Virus record (IMG/VR): IMGVR_UViG_3300031758_003913
Location: 58,600-78,599 of that record
Source: an uncultured virus (IMG/VR IMGVR_UViG_3300031758_003913)
Taxonomy: Duplodnaviria; Heunggongvirae; Uroviricota; Caudoviricetes
Reading direction: 5' to 3' (one strand)
DNA: 20,000 nt
Positions within the stretch are counted from its first letter, which is position 1. Each line of letters opens with the position of its first letter. The notes below the pieces were generated by a model. That model searched no databases, was not told where the DNA came from, and saw nothing but the letters and a program-made list of their open reading frames with translations. Shown here one piece after another: positions 8,847-16,795 of this stretch. The translations under genes were made by a program, and so were the position numbers.

Positions 8847-9190
8847 AAATTAACAAGTCCCTTTACTGTTCTATTTTTTTTGATTTCGTTGTACTTATTA
8901 AGGTATTCATTTGAGTTAGTAAAATAAATGTCAGTTATGTCATCTAAAAATTTTTCTAGATCAGATACTTCAACCGGAGCATCGTTGTCATCTATAAGAA
9001 CAATATTAGCGTGACCTCGACTTTGCATTAAACTGCAAAAATTGATCAGTTCTCTAGTAACTGAAAATTTACCGCCATTAAGATAATGTATACAATTTTC
9101 TAAAAATTGTTCACGAATGACTCTGCGCTGATTATTCAGCGTAGTCATAAAATTTGAAAATTCAAGTGCTTTTTCTAAACGATCGTCCAT
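8843..9190 (-). CDS. Hypothetical protein, first gene of the glycosylation/rSAM operon
   Basis: 115 aa; perfect AGGAGG 5 nt upstream; ATGA overlap with the next gene. NGGKF...LIDDNDAPVEV.DL loosely recalls DUF4376-type tail-fibre-associated proteins (weak). Confidence 0.8.
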   Translation of the reverse strand: MDDRLEKALEFSNFMTTLNNQRRVIREQFLENCIHYLNGGKFSVTRELINFCSLMQSRGHANIVLIDDNDAPVEVSDLEKFLDDITDIYFTNSNEYLNKYNEIKKNRTVKGLVNL

Positions 9191-9195
9191 TGAGA

Positions 9196-9201
9196 CCTCC
9201 T
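9196..9201 (-). promoter_or_regulatory. Shine-Dalgarno sequence AGGAGG
   Basis: Minus strand reads AGGAGG-TCTCA-ATG(9190). Confidence 0.9.
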
Positions 9202-9208
9202 ACACACT

Positions 9209-9237
9209 ATTATATAACAAAATGTGCAGGATGTCAA
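9209..9237 (-). promoter_or_regulatory. Consensus sigma70-type promoter
   Basis: Minus strand TTGACA (9237-9232), 17-nt spacer TCCTGCACATTTTGTTA, TATAAT (9214-9209); 12/12 consensus match in the largest intergenic gap of the window. Confidence 0.9.
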
Positions 9238-9240
9238 TGA

Positions 9241-10353
9241 TTATGTGAATAATTCGTCTGCTACTATTGCTACAGGAGTAGGGACTGAAACAAAACTGCC
9301 AGTGGCTCGTCTTAGATCTAACCCAATCTGTAATGTACCGTCAACTGGCTCGTCAACTCCTGGCCCTGTACCTGTTTGGTCGCCTAAATCGTTATCAGTT
9401 AATTCAATTGATATAGTAATAATGTCGCCAGTAAGGTTTCGTCGTGCATACATTGTAATGGTATTTTCAGCATAGTTTGCACTTTCCCCGCCGCCATTAC
9501 GTTGAAAAATTAATTGATAACTTGTTGTTAATTGAAAATTTCCTATGCTACTATCAACAATACCATCTAGGTTAACATCAGTAACGCCGTCTCTTGCTCT
9601 TCCTGTGCCAGTCACAGTAGTCTTATTTTTACCAAGTACTACTGCTCCCATATTTTGAAGCATCACTGCCCAGTCTGACCCTTTAACTTGACTAGTACTA
9701 GTATTTGCGCCTGAAATTCTTATTTCGCCGCCTGTATTAAAAAAGTGTCTTCTATGATCTGCTCCAGTTGCTGTGACTGTAGCACCGGTAGTAGAATCAG
9801 AAACTTGATACCCGCCTTCAAAAACTATTTCAAATATACAATTTACTGTTTGTAGCTGTCCAGCGCCGCCCCATGATGCAGTACGTGTACTCGATGCAAA
9901 TACCCTAGTATTTGTTAATGTATTTTGTATAGGATGAACTGTAGGAGTGACTGCATCAGATATAGTTTTTACGTTTGCAACGGCTGTAATAAAATCGTTA
10001 ACTCCCATAGTAGTGTCAGAACTATTATGAGTAAATGTTATGGTTCCACCAGTATCTACCCGTGTTACACTAGTACCTGATTCATCTGCACCAATAATTC
10101 TACCGGTAGTAAGAGCACCAATACTTTGATCAGTATTTTGCTGATGTCTAGAAATTCTATTAATTTGTGTTCTAAGATTGTTCCATTCTGTAATGGCTAT
10201 ATCTTTTGTAGAACTTCCAGTTACTGTTGTTAAGTTAGAAATTAATTGACCGTACCCTGCTGCACCAACACCGTTGCCTAAGATATTTCTTATCTCAGAA
10301 ACTAAATTATTATAGTCTGTGTTTTGTGCTACATTACCAATACTTACTGTCAT
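9241..10353 (-). CDS. Putative virion structural (tail-associated) protein, paralog B
   Basis: 370 aa, Thr/Gly/Ser-rich; shares YN.L...ILG.G...GYGQ, RR.FFN.GGEI, KG.DW..MLQNMG, SIGN.Q.T.SYQ.IF.RNG, YAEN and DE.V.GTL with the adjacent 301-aa gene; lies at the end of the tail module. Confidence 0.65.
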   Translation of the reverse strand: MTVSIGNVAQNTDYNNLVSEIRNILGNGVGAAGYGQLISNLTTVTGSSTKDIAITEWNNLRTQINRISRHQQNTDQSIGALTTGRIIGADESGTSVTRVDTGGTITFTHNSSDTTMGVNDFITAVANVKTISDAVTPTVHPIQNTLTNTRVFASSTRTASWGGAGQLQTVNCIFEIVFEGGYQVSDSTTGATVTATGADHRRHFFNTGGEIRISGANTSTSQVKGSDWAVMLQNMGAVVLGKNKTTVTGTGRARDGVTDVNLDGIVDSSIGNFQLTTSYQLIFQRNGGGESANYAENTITMYARRNLTGDIITISIELTDNDLGDQTGTGPGVDEPVDGTLQIGLDLRRATGSFVSVPTPVAIVADELFT

Positions 10354-10365
10354 AGTTTAACCTTG

Positions 10366-11271
10366 TTAAGCGCCGCTGGCGAGATCAACTTGATTAGAAT
10401 ATGATGGAGATGTAATTGATACGTAACTTCCGGTTGGACGGAGTTGTTTAACTAAACTAGTAAGTGTTCCAAAGACTGATTCGTCGTTTCCTGGATCTCC
10501 GCTATCAGCATCTAAAAATTCTATTCTAAACTGGATCGCTCTAGTACTTATTTCTTTTGCTGACACGTAGTATCTGTTTTCGGCATAAGTGCTAAGTTGT
10601 CCATTTCTTTCAAAAATTCTTTGATAAGAAGATGTTATTTGGTAATTTCCAATTGAATAAGCTGTTCCGCCACTACCTGTTTTAGTTGTAGCATTTTTGC
10701 CAAATTTAATAGTACCCATGTTTTGAAGCATGGCATTCCAATCTAAGCCTTTTGATGTTGTATCTCCAGCAATTTCAGCAGATACGTGTATTTCGCCGCC
10801 AGCGTTAAAAAATGCTCTACGCTGATCTTGGCTATTCCAAGTTACTGTAAAAGAATGTACTGGCTGACCGTTCCATGGACTATATCTAACACTTGTAATA
10901 GCTGTTTCTATTGTAACTTGTGTAGGATCTACTATTTGAGCATTTGGTTCAAGAACATTCATTAGTGAAACATAAGCGTTAAAACCTTTAGTTGGATCAC
11001 CATTTACTGCGTTAGCACTAATTTTGTCGCCAGAATCTAATTCTGAAAGATTTGAGAGACTACCAGTTTGATGTACACAAATTCTATTAAGATCAGTTCT
11101 TAATAATTCCATATGTTCAGCTGTTATTAACGTCTCAGCATCAACTAAACTACTAACTAATGACTGTCCGTATCCAGATTGATCAAAGCCTTGCCCCAAT
11201 ATGTTGGCAACCCTACTTTGTAAGGTATTATAATTTGCTGCTGTAATCTTTGAGCCGACTGTTACTGACAT
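10366..11271 (-). CDS. Putative virion structural (tail-associated) protein, paralog A
   Basis: 301 aa; collinear paralog of 9241-10353; preceded by TATAAATA and AGGA. Confidence 0.65.
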   Translation of the reverse strand: MSVTVGSKITAANYNTLQSRVANILGQGFDQSGYGQSLVSSLVDAETLITAEHMELLRTDLNRICVHQTGSLSNLSELDSGDKISANAVNGDPTKGFNAYVSLMNVLEPNAQIVDPTQVTIETAITSVRYSPWNGQPVHSFTVTWNSQDQRRAFFNAGGEIHVSAEIAGDTTSKGLDWNAMLQNMGTIKFGKNATTKTGSGGTAYSIGNYQITSSYQRIFERNGQLSTYAENRYYVSAKEISTRAIQFRIEFLDADSGDPGNDESVFGTLTSLVKQLRPTGSYVSITSPSYSNQVDLASGA

Positions 11272-11295
11272 GTTATTTCCTATTAAATACTACTA

Positions 11296-11303
11296 TATTT
11301 ATA
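11296..11303 (-). promoter_or_regulatory. T4-type late promoter motif TATAAATA
   Basis: Exact T4 gp55 late consensus, overlapping the upstream TAA stop, 24 nt before ATG 11271. Confidence 0.65.
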
Positions 11304-12801
11304 ATACTAGTACACACTCGATTAATTTTTCATTTTCTAAAGAATTACTTTCTAATGCTACACCAATTTTATAAGGGCCTGATAATGATCCTACGCCGTG
11401 GTCTCCTGCATATATTATATCACCCTTTTTAACAGCGCCTATAATTCTTACTGGAACTCTGCCTTTTAGAGCAATGGCTTGACCATCAGCTTCGGCATTC
11501 ATTGTAAATGCTGGCGCTGTTGACACAACACCTACAGGAAAGCCAGTGCTTTGACATGCTTCTAACTCATGATCTGGATGTTCACATACCATCATAATAG
11601 TTCCTGGAATATGTTCTTGATCAGTTGTATATTTTTCTGCTAAGTCAGCATATCGTGCTTCAGCTGCAACTCCTTGAAATACATTTGCAAAAATATCTCC
11701 ATCATTATTTCTAATAGCAACAGTGTTAGGTGTTGCTGTTAATGAACCAAGTCTATTTTCGCCTGCTACTACAAGAGCACTAGCACGTTGAGCTAAACCT
11801 GTAAATGTGTCTGCATATATGTTTAGCCAAGGATAATCAGCTGTACCAATTGTTGAACCTAATCTAGTTGGATTTGGAGTAAATTCAGTACCTGCAACAA
11901 ATCCTGGTATAATATTATCAGCAAATATACGCATTGGATTTTTGATGTTGCCTAAAAGATCCTTTGCTTTAAAAACAATTTGATTACCAACTTCGTTTGC
12001 AATTATAGCATTAGTAGTTGTTGATTCAACACTGATTCTAAAATCTCCAGAATCACCTACTAATATACCTGCATCTCTAAAAGATGCTAAAGAGTTAAAT
12101 GTTGGATTGTCAGATCGAACATAATTAGCCGCAGGTTGACCACCTAATTTTTCAGTGTTAGATGCAGTTCCCCAGAATCTCCAATCGCCTGATGTAACTC
12201 CGCCTGAGCTATTTAACGTATTCTTTAATGTAATACCTTGTTTGATTCTGTCAAATCCAGAAATGTTACTAGCAACATCACTAGTGTCAATAGTAAAATC
12301 TTGATTGCTTATGACAAAAATAACTTCATCATTAACAACTGCTGTAATAATGCCTCTTGATCCACCACCGGTATCTCTAACTGTACGACTTACAATCTGT
12401 GTTTGTCCTGATCCTGCACTTTGTGGTCCAATAAGTACAAAATCAATACCGTTGTATGTATACAACTGTTCATTAGCTGTATCCCACCAAAAATCGCCTC
12501 GCTTTAGACCGGTTGGAACATTACTACTTACTTCAGCACCGCCTGTGGTTCTCCACTGGAATCCGTCATAAAATTTAAGTTTGCTATTTGCACTGTCAAA
12601 CCAAAGCTGTCCGCTTACTGCTCTAGGAGGCGCATTTGTTCCTGAAAAGTTTTCAAGTAAAAATACAAAGTTTTCGTTTTGTATTTCACCGTAACCTGCA
12701 TAATTCTTACCTACTAATTTTAAGTCGGTGCTTTGATCAATAGTACCGTCTTCAATTACGGTTAGTTGACCTTTATTATATCTATCAATTGTATATGCCA
12801 T
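11299..12801 (-). CDS. Tail fibre-like protein with C-terminal peptidase G2 / intramolecular-chaperone-like domain
   Basis: 500 aa; shared N-terminal module (DGTID..TDLKLVGKNYAGYGE..NENF..LLENF...GQLWFD); C-terminal ARYADLAEKY...GVVSTAP...IALKGRVPVR..G.VKKGD...IGVALE. Confidence 0.7.
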   Translation of the reverse strand: MAYTIDRYNKGQLTVIEDGTIDQSTDLKLVGKNYAGYGEIQNENFVFLLENFSGTNAPPRAVSGQLWFDSANSKLKFYDGFQWRTTGGAEVSSNVPTGLKRGDFWWDTANEQLYTYNGIDFVLIGPQSAGSGQTQIVSRTVRDTGGGSRGIITAVVNDEVIFVISNQDFTIDTSDVASNISGFDRIKQGITLKNTLNSSGGVTSGDWRFWGTASNTEKLGGQPAANYVRSDNPTFNSLASFRDAGILVGDSGDFRISVESTTTNAIIANEVGNQIVFKAKDLLGNIKNPMRIFADNIIPGFVAGTEFTPNPTRLGSTIGTADYPWLNIYADTFTGLAQRASALVVAGENRLGSLTATPNTVAIRNNDGDIFANVFQGVAAEARYADLAEKYTTDQEHIPGTIMMVCEHPDHELEACQSTGFPVGVVSTAPAFTMNAEADGQAIALKGRVPVRIIGAVKKGDIIYAGDHGVGSLSGPYKIGVALESNSLENEKLIECVLVL

Positions 12802-12827
12802 TATGTTTAACCCCTAAAGCGATGTAG

Positions 12828-12835
12828 TATTTATC
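12828..12835 (-). promoter_or_regulatory. Late-promoter-like motif GATAAATA
   Basis: Intergenic GGATAAATAC, 26 nt before ATG 12801, followed by an AGGGG SD-like sequence. Confidence 0.55.
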
Positions 12836-12837
12836 CA

Positions 12838-14721
12838 TTATAGTGGGTTTGTACGAACCCATTGCCAAACTCCGCTGTTTACTGTAAATTCCATAGTTGC
12901 TCTGCTTGGACTTAGATTTGCAATACCCGAAACTGTAGCAAAGTTAATATCCTGCAATACGCTTTCTAGCTGTGGAGTAGTACTGTCATCAGGATCTATA
13001 TAGACTGAAACATAAGATTTATTAGATGCTGCTGTAACATCGATCCCTGAAACTGTTGTTCCTGTATAAGAAATACAATAAACTCTAGCAATTGTTCCTG
13101 GTTGTTTTTCTATTGCAGGATACATAAAATTGAGAATCCCAATAACATCATTATAAGGACCATCTGATGCAAAAGATGCATTAGGATTTGATAACCCTGT
13201 TAAGTCTAAACTCATTACAAGAGGTTCTGATGCAACTGTTTGATCTACATAGCGTTTATTTGCTACGTCAAAGTTAGTAGTTGGATCTAACACTCCTGTA
13301 ATATTTTGATTGTTTATGACTATTGTGCCCGTTGACGAAATTCCTAGTGGGCCCGATACTACCATATTAGAACCGTTAAAATTAAAATTGTCAACATTTA
13401 ATTCTACTAAAGTACCAATACTAATTAATCCTTCAGCATATAAAATGCTATCATCTAATCTGTTTGTTGATAATTTAGTAACATTACCTATTTTATAAGA
13501 TTTTCCGGCTACTAAATTAAGATCTTCACTAAATGTCCAAGCGCCAGTCTCATATTCCCAAGTTAATGTTTTACTATCACCTTGCATTCTTACAATAATT
13601 CCAGCGCCGTCGGCTGCTTCAGGAGTAAGTAATGTGCTGTCAGATGTAGAAGCTAGTTCAATTGTTTTATCTTCAATTCTTAAATTAGATACATCTAAAA
13701 ATAAAGTTTCACCTTTAACTGTAAAATTACCTTCAACTTCAAGATCTCCAGTAATTCTAGTGCTTCCGTTTATGTCAAGATCAGTTGACGGAGTTACTGT
13801 CCAAATGCCGGCACGTTTATTTGTAGCATCAATATATAACGCATTATCAAAAGAGTTTCCTCGACGTGTTCTAATTGTAAAATCTTTATTAGATCGTTGA
13901 GTTTCAATAGTGCTTATTTCGCTTGCAATTTTTAAAACAAGAAATTCTGTATCACTAACACCAATACTTAAACCACCACTATTTCTAATTTTAATATTAC
14001 CAGTAGTTGTAGTATTTCTGTCTGTTTTCATGAAGTTGGCTTCAGTAAATTCTTCGCCAGCATCACTGATTAGAGATCGTGTACTCTGTGATGTTCCTCT
14101 AAACCAAAAATCTAAATTTACAGGATTAAGACCCTGTTTAACAATTTGTCGTCGAGGTGTACTTAGGTCATCCGGGTTTAATGGATATCCAACAATATTG
14201 ATTAGAGGAACAAATGTAGTTCTAGATATGATTCCAGTTAATTGGCCAGCAACATACATGAATAATACTGTTTGGTCTTGACTATTTCTATCTAAAATAG
14301 TAACTGCTTCAAATCCTGTTCTTCCCTGTGCTGCGTCATAATTAGGGCCTACTAATACTAGATCCGAACCATCGAAAAAATACAACTTGTTATTTTCACT
14401 ATCAATCCATAAGTCACCAACTACTAGATTAGGTCTTACATTACTTACTACTGGTCCGCCTGCAGCCTTAAATGTTTCTCCGTTGTAAATCTTTAGTCGT
14501 TCTTCTGCGGTATCATACCACAGTTGTCCAGTTAAAGGCTTGCCTGGAGCACTTGTCTTTGCAAAATTTTCAAGAAGCTTAATATAGTTTTCGTTTAAAA
14601 ATTCACCAAAGCCTTTATAATTTCTTCCTACTAAAACTATATCCGTTGAAGTAGCATCAATTTGTCCGTCTACTAACTCTATTAGTAGTTCGCCGTTGGT
14701 TTTATTAAGTCTGTAACTCAT
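12838..14721 (-). CDS. Tail fibre/baseplate-attached structural protein
   Basis: 627 aa; same N-terminal module (LVGRNYKGFGE..NENY..LLENFA...GQLWYD...GDLWID); fibre-shaft-like segments (LDINGSTRITGDLEVEGNFTVKG; DPTTNFDVANKRYVD). Confidence 0.7.
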   Translation of the reverse strand: MSYRLNKTNGELLIELVDGQIDATSTDIVLVGRNYKGFGEFLNENYIKLLENFAKTSAPGKPLTGQLWYDTAEERLKIYNGETFKAAGGPVVSNVRPNLVVGDLWIDSENNKLYFFDGSDLVLVGPNYDAAQGRTGFEAVTILDRNSQDQTVLFMYVAGQLTGIISRTTFVPLINIVGYPLNPDDLSTPRRQIVKQGLNPVNLDFWFRGTSQSTRSLISDAGEEFTEANFMKTDRNTTTTGNIKIRNSGGLSIGVSDTEFLVLKIASEISTIETQRSNKDFTIRTRRGNSFDNALYIDATNKRAGIWTVTPSTDLDINGSTRITGDLEVEGNFTVKGETLFLDVSNLRIEDKTIELASTSDSTLLTPEAADGAGIIVRMQGDSKTLTWEYETGAWTFSEDLNLVAGKSYKIGNVTKLSTNRLDDSILYAEGLISIGTLVELNVDNFNFNGSNMVVSGPLGISSTGTIVINNQNITGVLDPTTNFDVANKRYVDQTVASEPLVMSLDLTGLSNPNASFASDGPYNDVIGILNFMYPAIEKQPGTIARVYCISYTGTTVSGIDVTAASNKSYVSVYIDPDDSTTPQLESVLQDINFATVSGIANLSPSRATMEFTVNSGVWQWVRTNPL

Positions 14722-16793
14722 TATGCTCTTCCTGTATAAATGATATAATTTAGTGTTATAGTTGGAGGCATAACATTGAACGGTTCTCCTAACCCTACAC
14801 TAGAAATAACGCCGCCGCTGTTTGAAAGAGCCTGACCTAACCCTGTGCCAGTAGGAGCATCATATATCTGAACATTATCGTCAGTAGGTGTGCCTAATAC
14901 GTCTGCGATAGCATAAAATTGCTGACGTGTGCTGTCTCGTAAATCATGCTTATGTTCTGGTAGGTTTGCAAGTGTAATTGGTTTAGTTTCTGTTCCATCA
15001 AACGTACCAATGTTATCTGCAGATTCAGCAACAATAATATTAGCACTTGCGCCGCCCATATTATCAGCGCCTAAAGGTAATCTACCTCTAAGATCTGGGA
15101 TTTTAAAAAAGCCTGGAGTAACTGAACTTCTACTACCAAATTTAAATCCAATTACTGCAAATAATTCTTTAAATGATTCTTGTTCATACTCTTTGCCATC
15201 GCACAATAACCAACCAACCGGTGCTGCATCTCCTGCGTACGGCACTAGTACGCCTGGTGGATTGACAGGAACCGACTTTAAAAGATTTTCTCTAGTTATT
15301 TTCTTTAAACCAATATCCCCTGATACAGAGTTAATAATTAATTCATCTTTGCTGTCTGACTCTGTTATTGCAGTTTTATCGGCAATGAATGTATTTGATA
15401 TTTCTGTTCTTAAAACTTTACGTAACGGCAACTCGCCAGCCGGTACTCCTGTACCGTTATTAAATGTTGGGTCTTGGAACTGCCCGTCAAACACTACATC
15501 AACAACTGATTCAACGTCTCCTCTAATAGCAAACGTTGTTCTAGAAGTTAATCTGTCTGAAGATGTAGAACGTCCAGTAATTGTACCACTAACGTTACCT
15601 ACTAAATTTCCTGTAAATGTTGAAGCATAAATATTTCTATATTTAAATGCCGGTGATCCAATATCTCTTATGTTATTATCGTCTGGGGATATTTGCGCTG
15701 ATGTTAATGTTCCAGATATTCTACTGTTGCCACCAACATTTAAATTTTTAGCAATACCAGTACCACCTTTAATTATTACAGCACCGTTGTTAAACACTGT
15801 TGATTCTGTAGTGCCATTAACTAATAACGATCCACTATTTTGAATATCACCAGTAACATCTAATTCTTTTTCTGGCGCTTCGTTATTAATACCAACACGT
15901 AACGCACTATCTAATCGCATCAACGTTCGAGTAACATCGTTATTTCTTACACGAATGTCAATGTTTGCGCCACCAATATTTTGTTGTATAATGCCGGCGT
16001 TACCTTCAACACCTACAGTTAATTCTGCATTAATACCAACACTTAAACCTTGATTATTTTGTACGTTTAAAGGAAAACTTGTAGTACTGGTGCTATCGCC
16101 TCTTAAAAAGTTTGCTGCTGATATACTTTCGTTTGCTACAATTAAATTTTCAGCTTTTTCCGCAGTACCGTAAAATTTAAAATTGCTTTGACCGTCATTA
16201 TCAGTATCTTTATTAATTAAATTTACACCAGGATTAATAGTTGCAAATCCTGCAACAGTTGCTTTTGGACTAAACGGTATATTATTAGAAATGATTGCTA
16301 TAATTTCAGATCCAACTTCAATCTGTAATACATTATAGGATACGTTATCAGAACCTAAAATCTGTGCAGGAGTTGCTCCTGTTGAAAGACCTTGTGAAAA
16401 ACTAGGACCTACTAAAATCCAACCACCGCCTGTAAATAGATATAATTGTTGATTGTCTGTATCAACCCATAAATCACCAATCTGTGCAATTGCTGGAGTA
16501 TTGATCTGTTTAATAATACCTGATGCAGGTACCCAATTAGTTCCGTCATATACTTTTAATGTTTCGGTTCCTAAGGTATTATCATACCATAACTGCCCTT
16601 CCGAAGGATTGTTAGGTTCTGTTGAATTTGCAAAATTTTCTAAAAGATGTAAAAAACTTTCTGCAATAACTGCACCATAAGCAGTTGTATTTCTTCCAGG
16701 GATACCTATACTAGTTTCTGTATTAACAGTACCGTCTTCAACTACAATAGTACCTTTATTAGCAACGTCTGTATATGAAATTGTATAGCTCAT
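14721..16793 (-). CDS. Tail fibre protein with C-terminal phage tail-collar domain
   Basis: 690 aa; shared N-terminal module; collar motif PPGVLVPYAGDAAPVGWLLCDG...LFAVIG..FG...FKIPDLRGR (about 15070-15260); LANLPEHKH and terminal NVMPPTITLNYII typical of short-fibre tips. Confidence 0.85.
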   Translation of the reverse strand: MSYTISYTDVANKGTIVVEDGTVNTETSIGIPGRNTTAYGAVIAESFLHLLENFANSTEPNNPSEGQLWYDNTLGTETLKVYDGTNWVPASGIIKQINTPAIAQIGDLWVDTDNQQLYLFTGGGWILVGPSFSQGLSTGATPAQILGSDNVSYNVLQIEVGSEIIAIISNNIPFSPKATVAGFATINPGVNLINKDTDNDGQSNFKFYGTAEKAENLIVANESISAANFLRGDSTSTTSFPLNVQNNQGLSVGINAELTVGVEGNAGIIQQNIGGANIDIRVRNNDVTRTLMRLDSALRVGINNEAPEKELDVTGDIQNSGSLLVNGTTESTVFNNGAVIIKGGTGIAKNLNVGGNSRISGTLTSAQISPDDNNIRDIGSPAFKYRNIYASTFTGNLVGNVSGTITGRSTSSDRLTSRTTFAIRGDVESVVDVVFDGQFQDPTFNNGTGVPAGELPLRKVLRTEISNTFIADKTAITESDSKDELIINSVSGDIGLKKITRENLLKSVPVNPPGVLVPYAGDAAPVGWLLCDGKEYEQESFKELFAVIGFKFGSRSSVTPGFFKIPDLRGRLPLGADNMGGASANIIVAESADNIGTFDGTETKPITLANLPEHKHDLRDSTRQQFYAIADVLGTPTDDNVQIYDAPTGTGLGQALSNSGGVISSVGLGEPFNVMPPTITLNYIIYTGRA

Positions 16794-16795
16794 GA

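Larger units (their letters stand above)
9188..9239 (-). promoter_or_regulatory. Imperfect inverted repeat / RNA hairpin sequestering SD and AUG
   Basis: RNA CAUUGACAUCCUGCACAUUUUGUUAUAUAAUAGUGUGUAGGAGGUCUCAAUG: UCCUGCACAUU pairs with AGUGUGUAGGA (11 bp, two G-U), GAC with GUC, CAUU with AAUG, GUU with AAU closing an AUAU loop. Confidence 0.7.

Noticed and set aside
1..9190. Bacterial O-antigen/capsule locus captured next to a prophage
   Set aside because: No flippase, polymerase, transporter or other membrane protein; genes are co-oriented and contiguous with the virion module, with no integrase or att-like boundary.
9188..9239. Hairpin as a Rho-independent terminator
   Set aside because: No U-tract follows it on either strand and its 3' arm is the RBS and start codon; reported instead as a translational-control structure.
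11283..11301. Small inverted repeat TAAATA-N6-TATTTA at the late promoter, and the TACATGTA palindrome near 17423-17430
   Set aside because: Short and AT-rich, expected by chance, and too weak to support a structure.
27..16680. Plus-strand ORFs in the track (e.g. 27-338, 416-619, 9224-9475, 13910-14281, 14929-15630) and the nested minus-strand ORF 6717-6914
   Set aside because: They lie wholly or largely within well-supported minus-strand genes, have no recognisable motifs and look like shadow frames.
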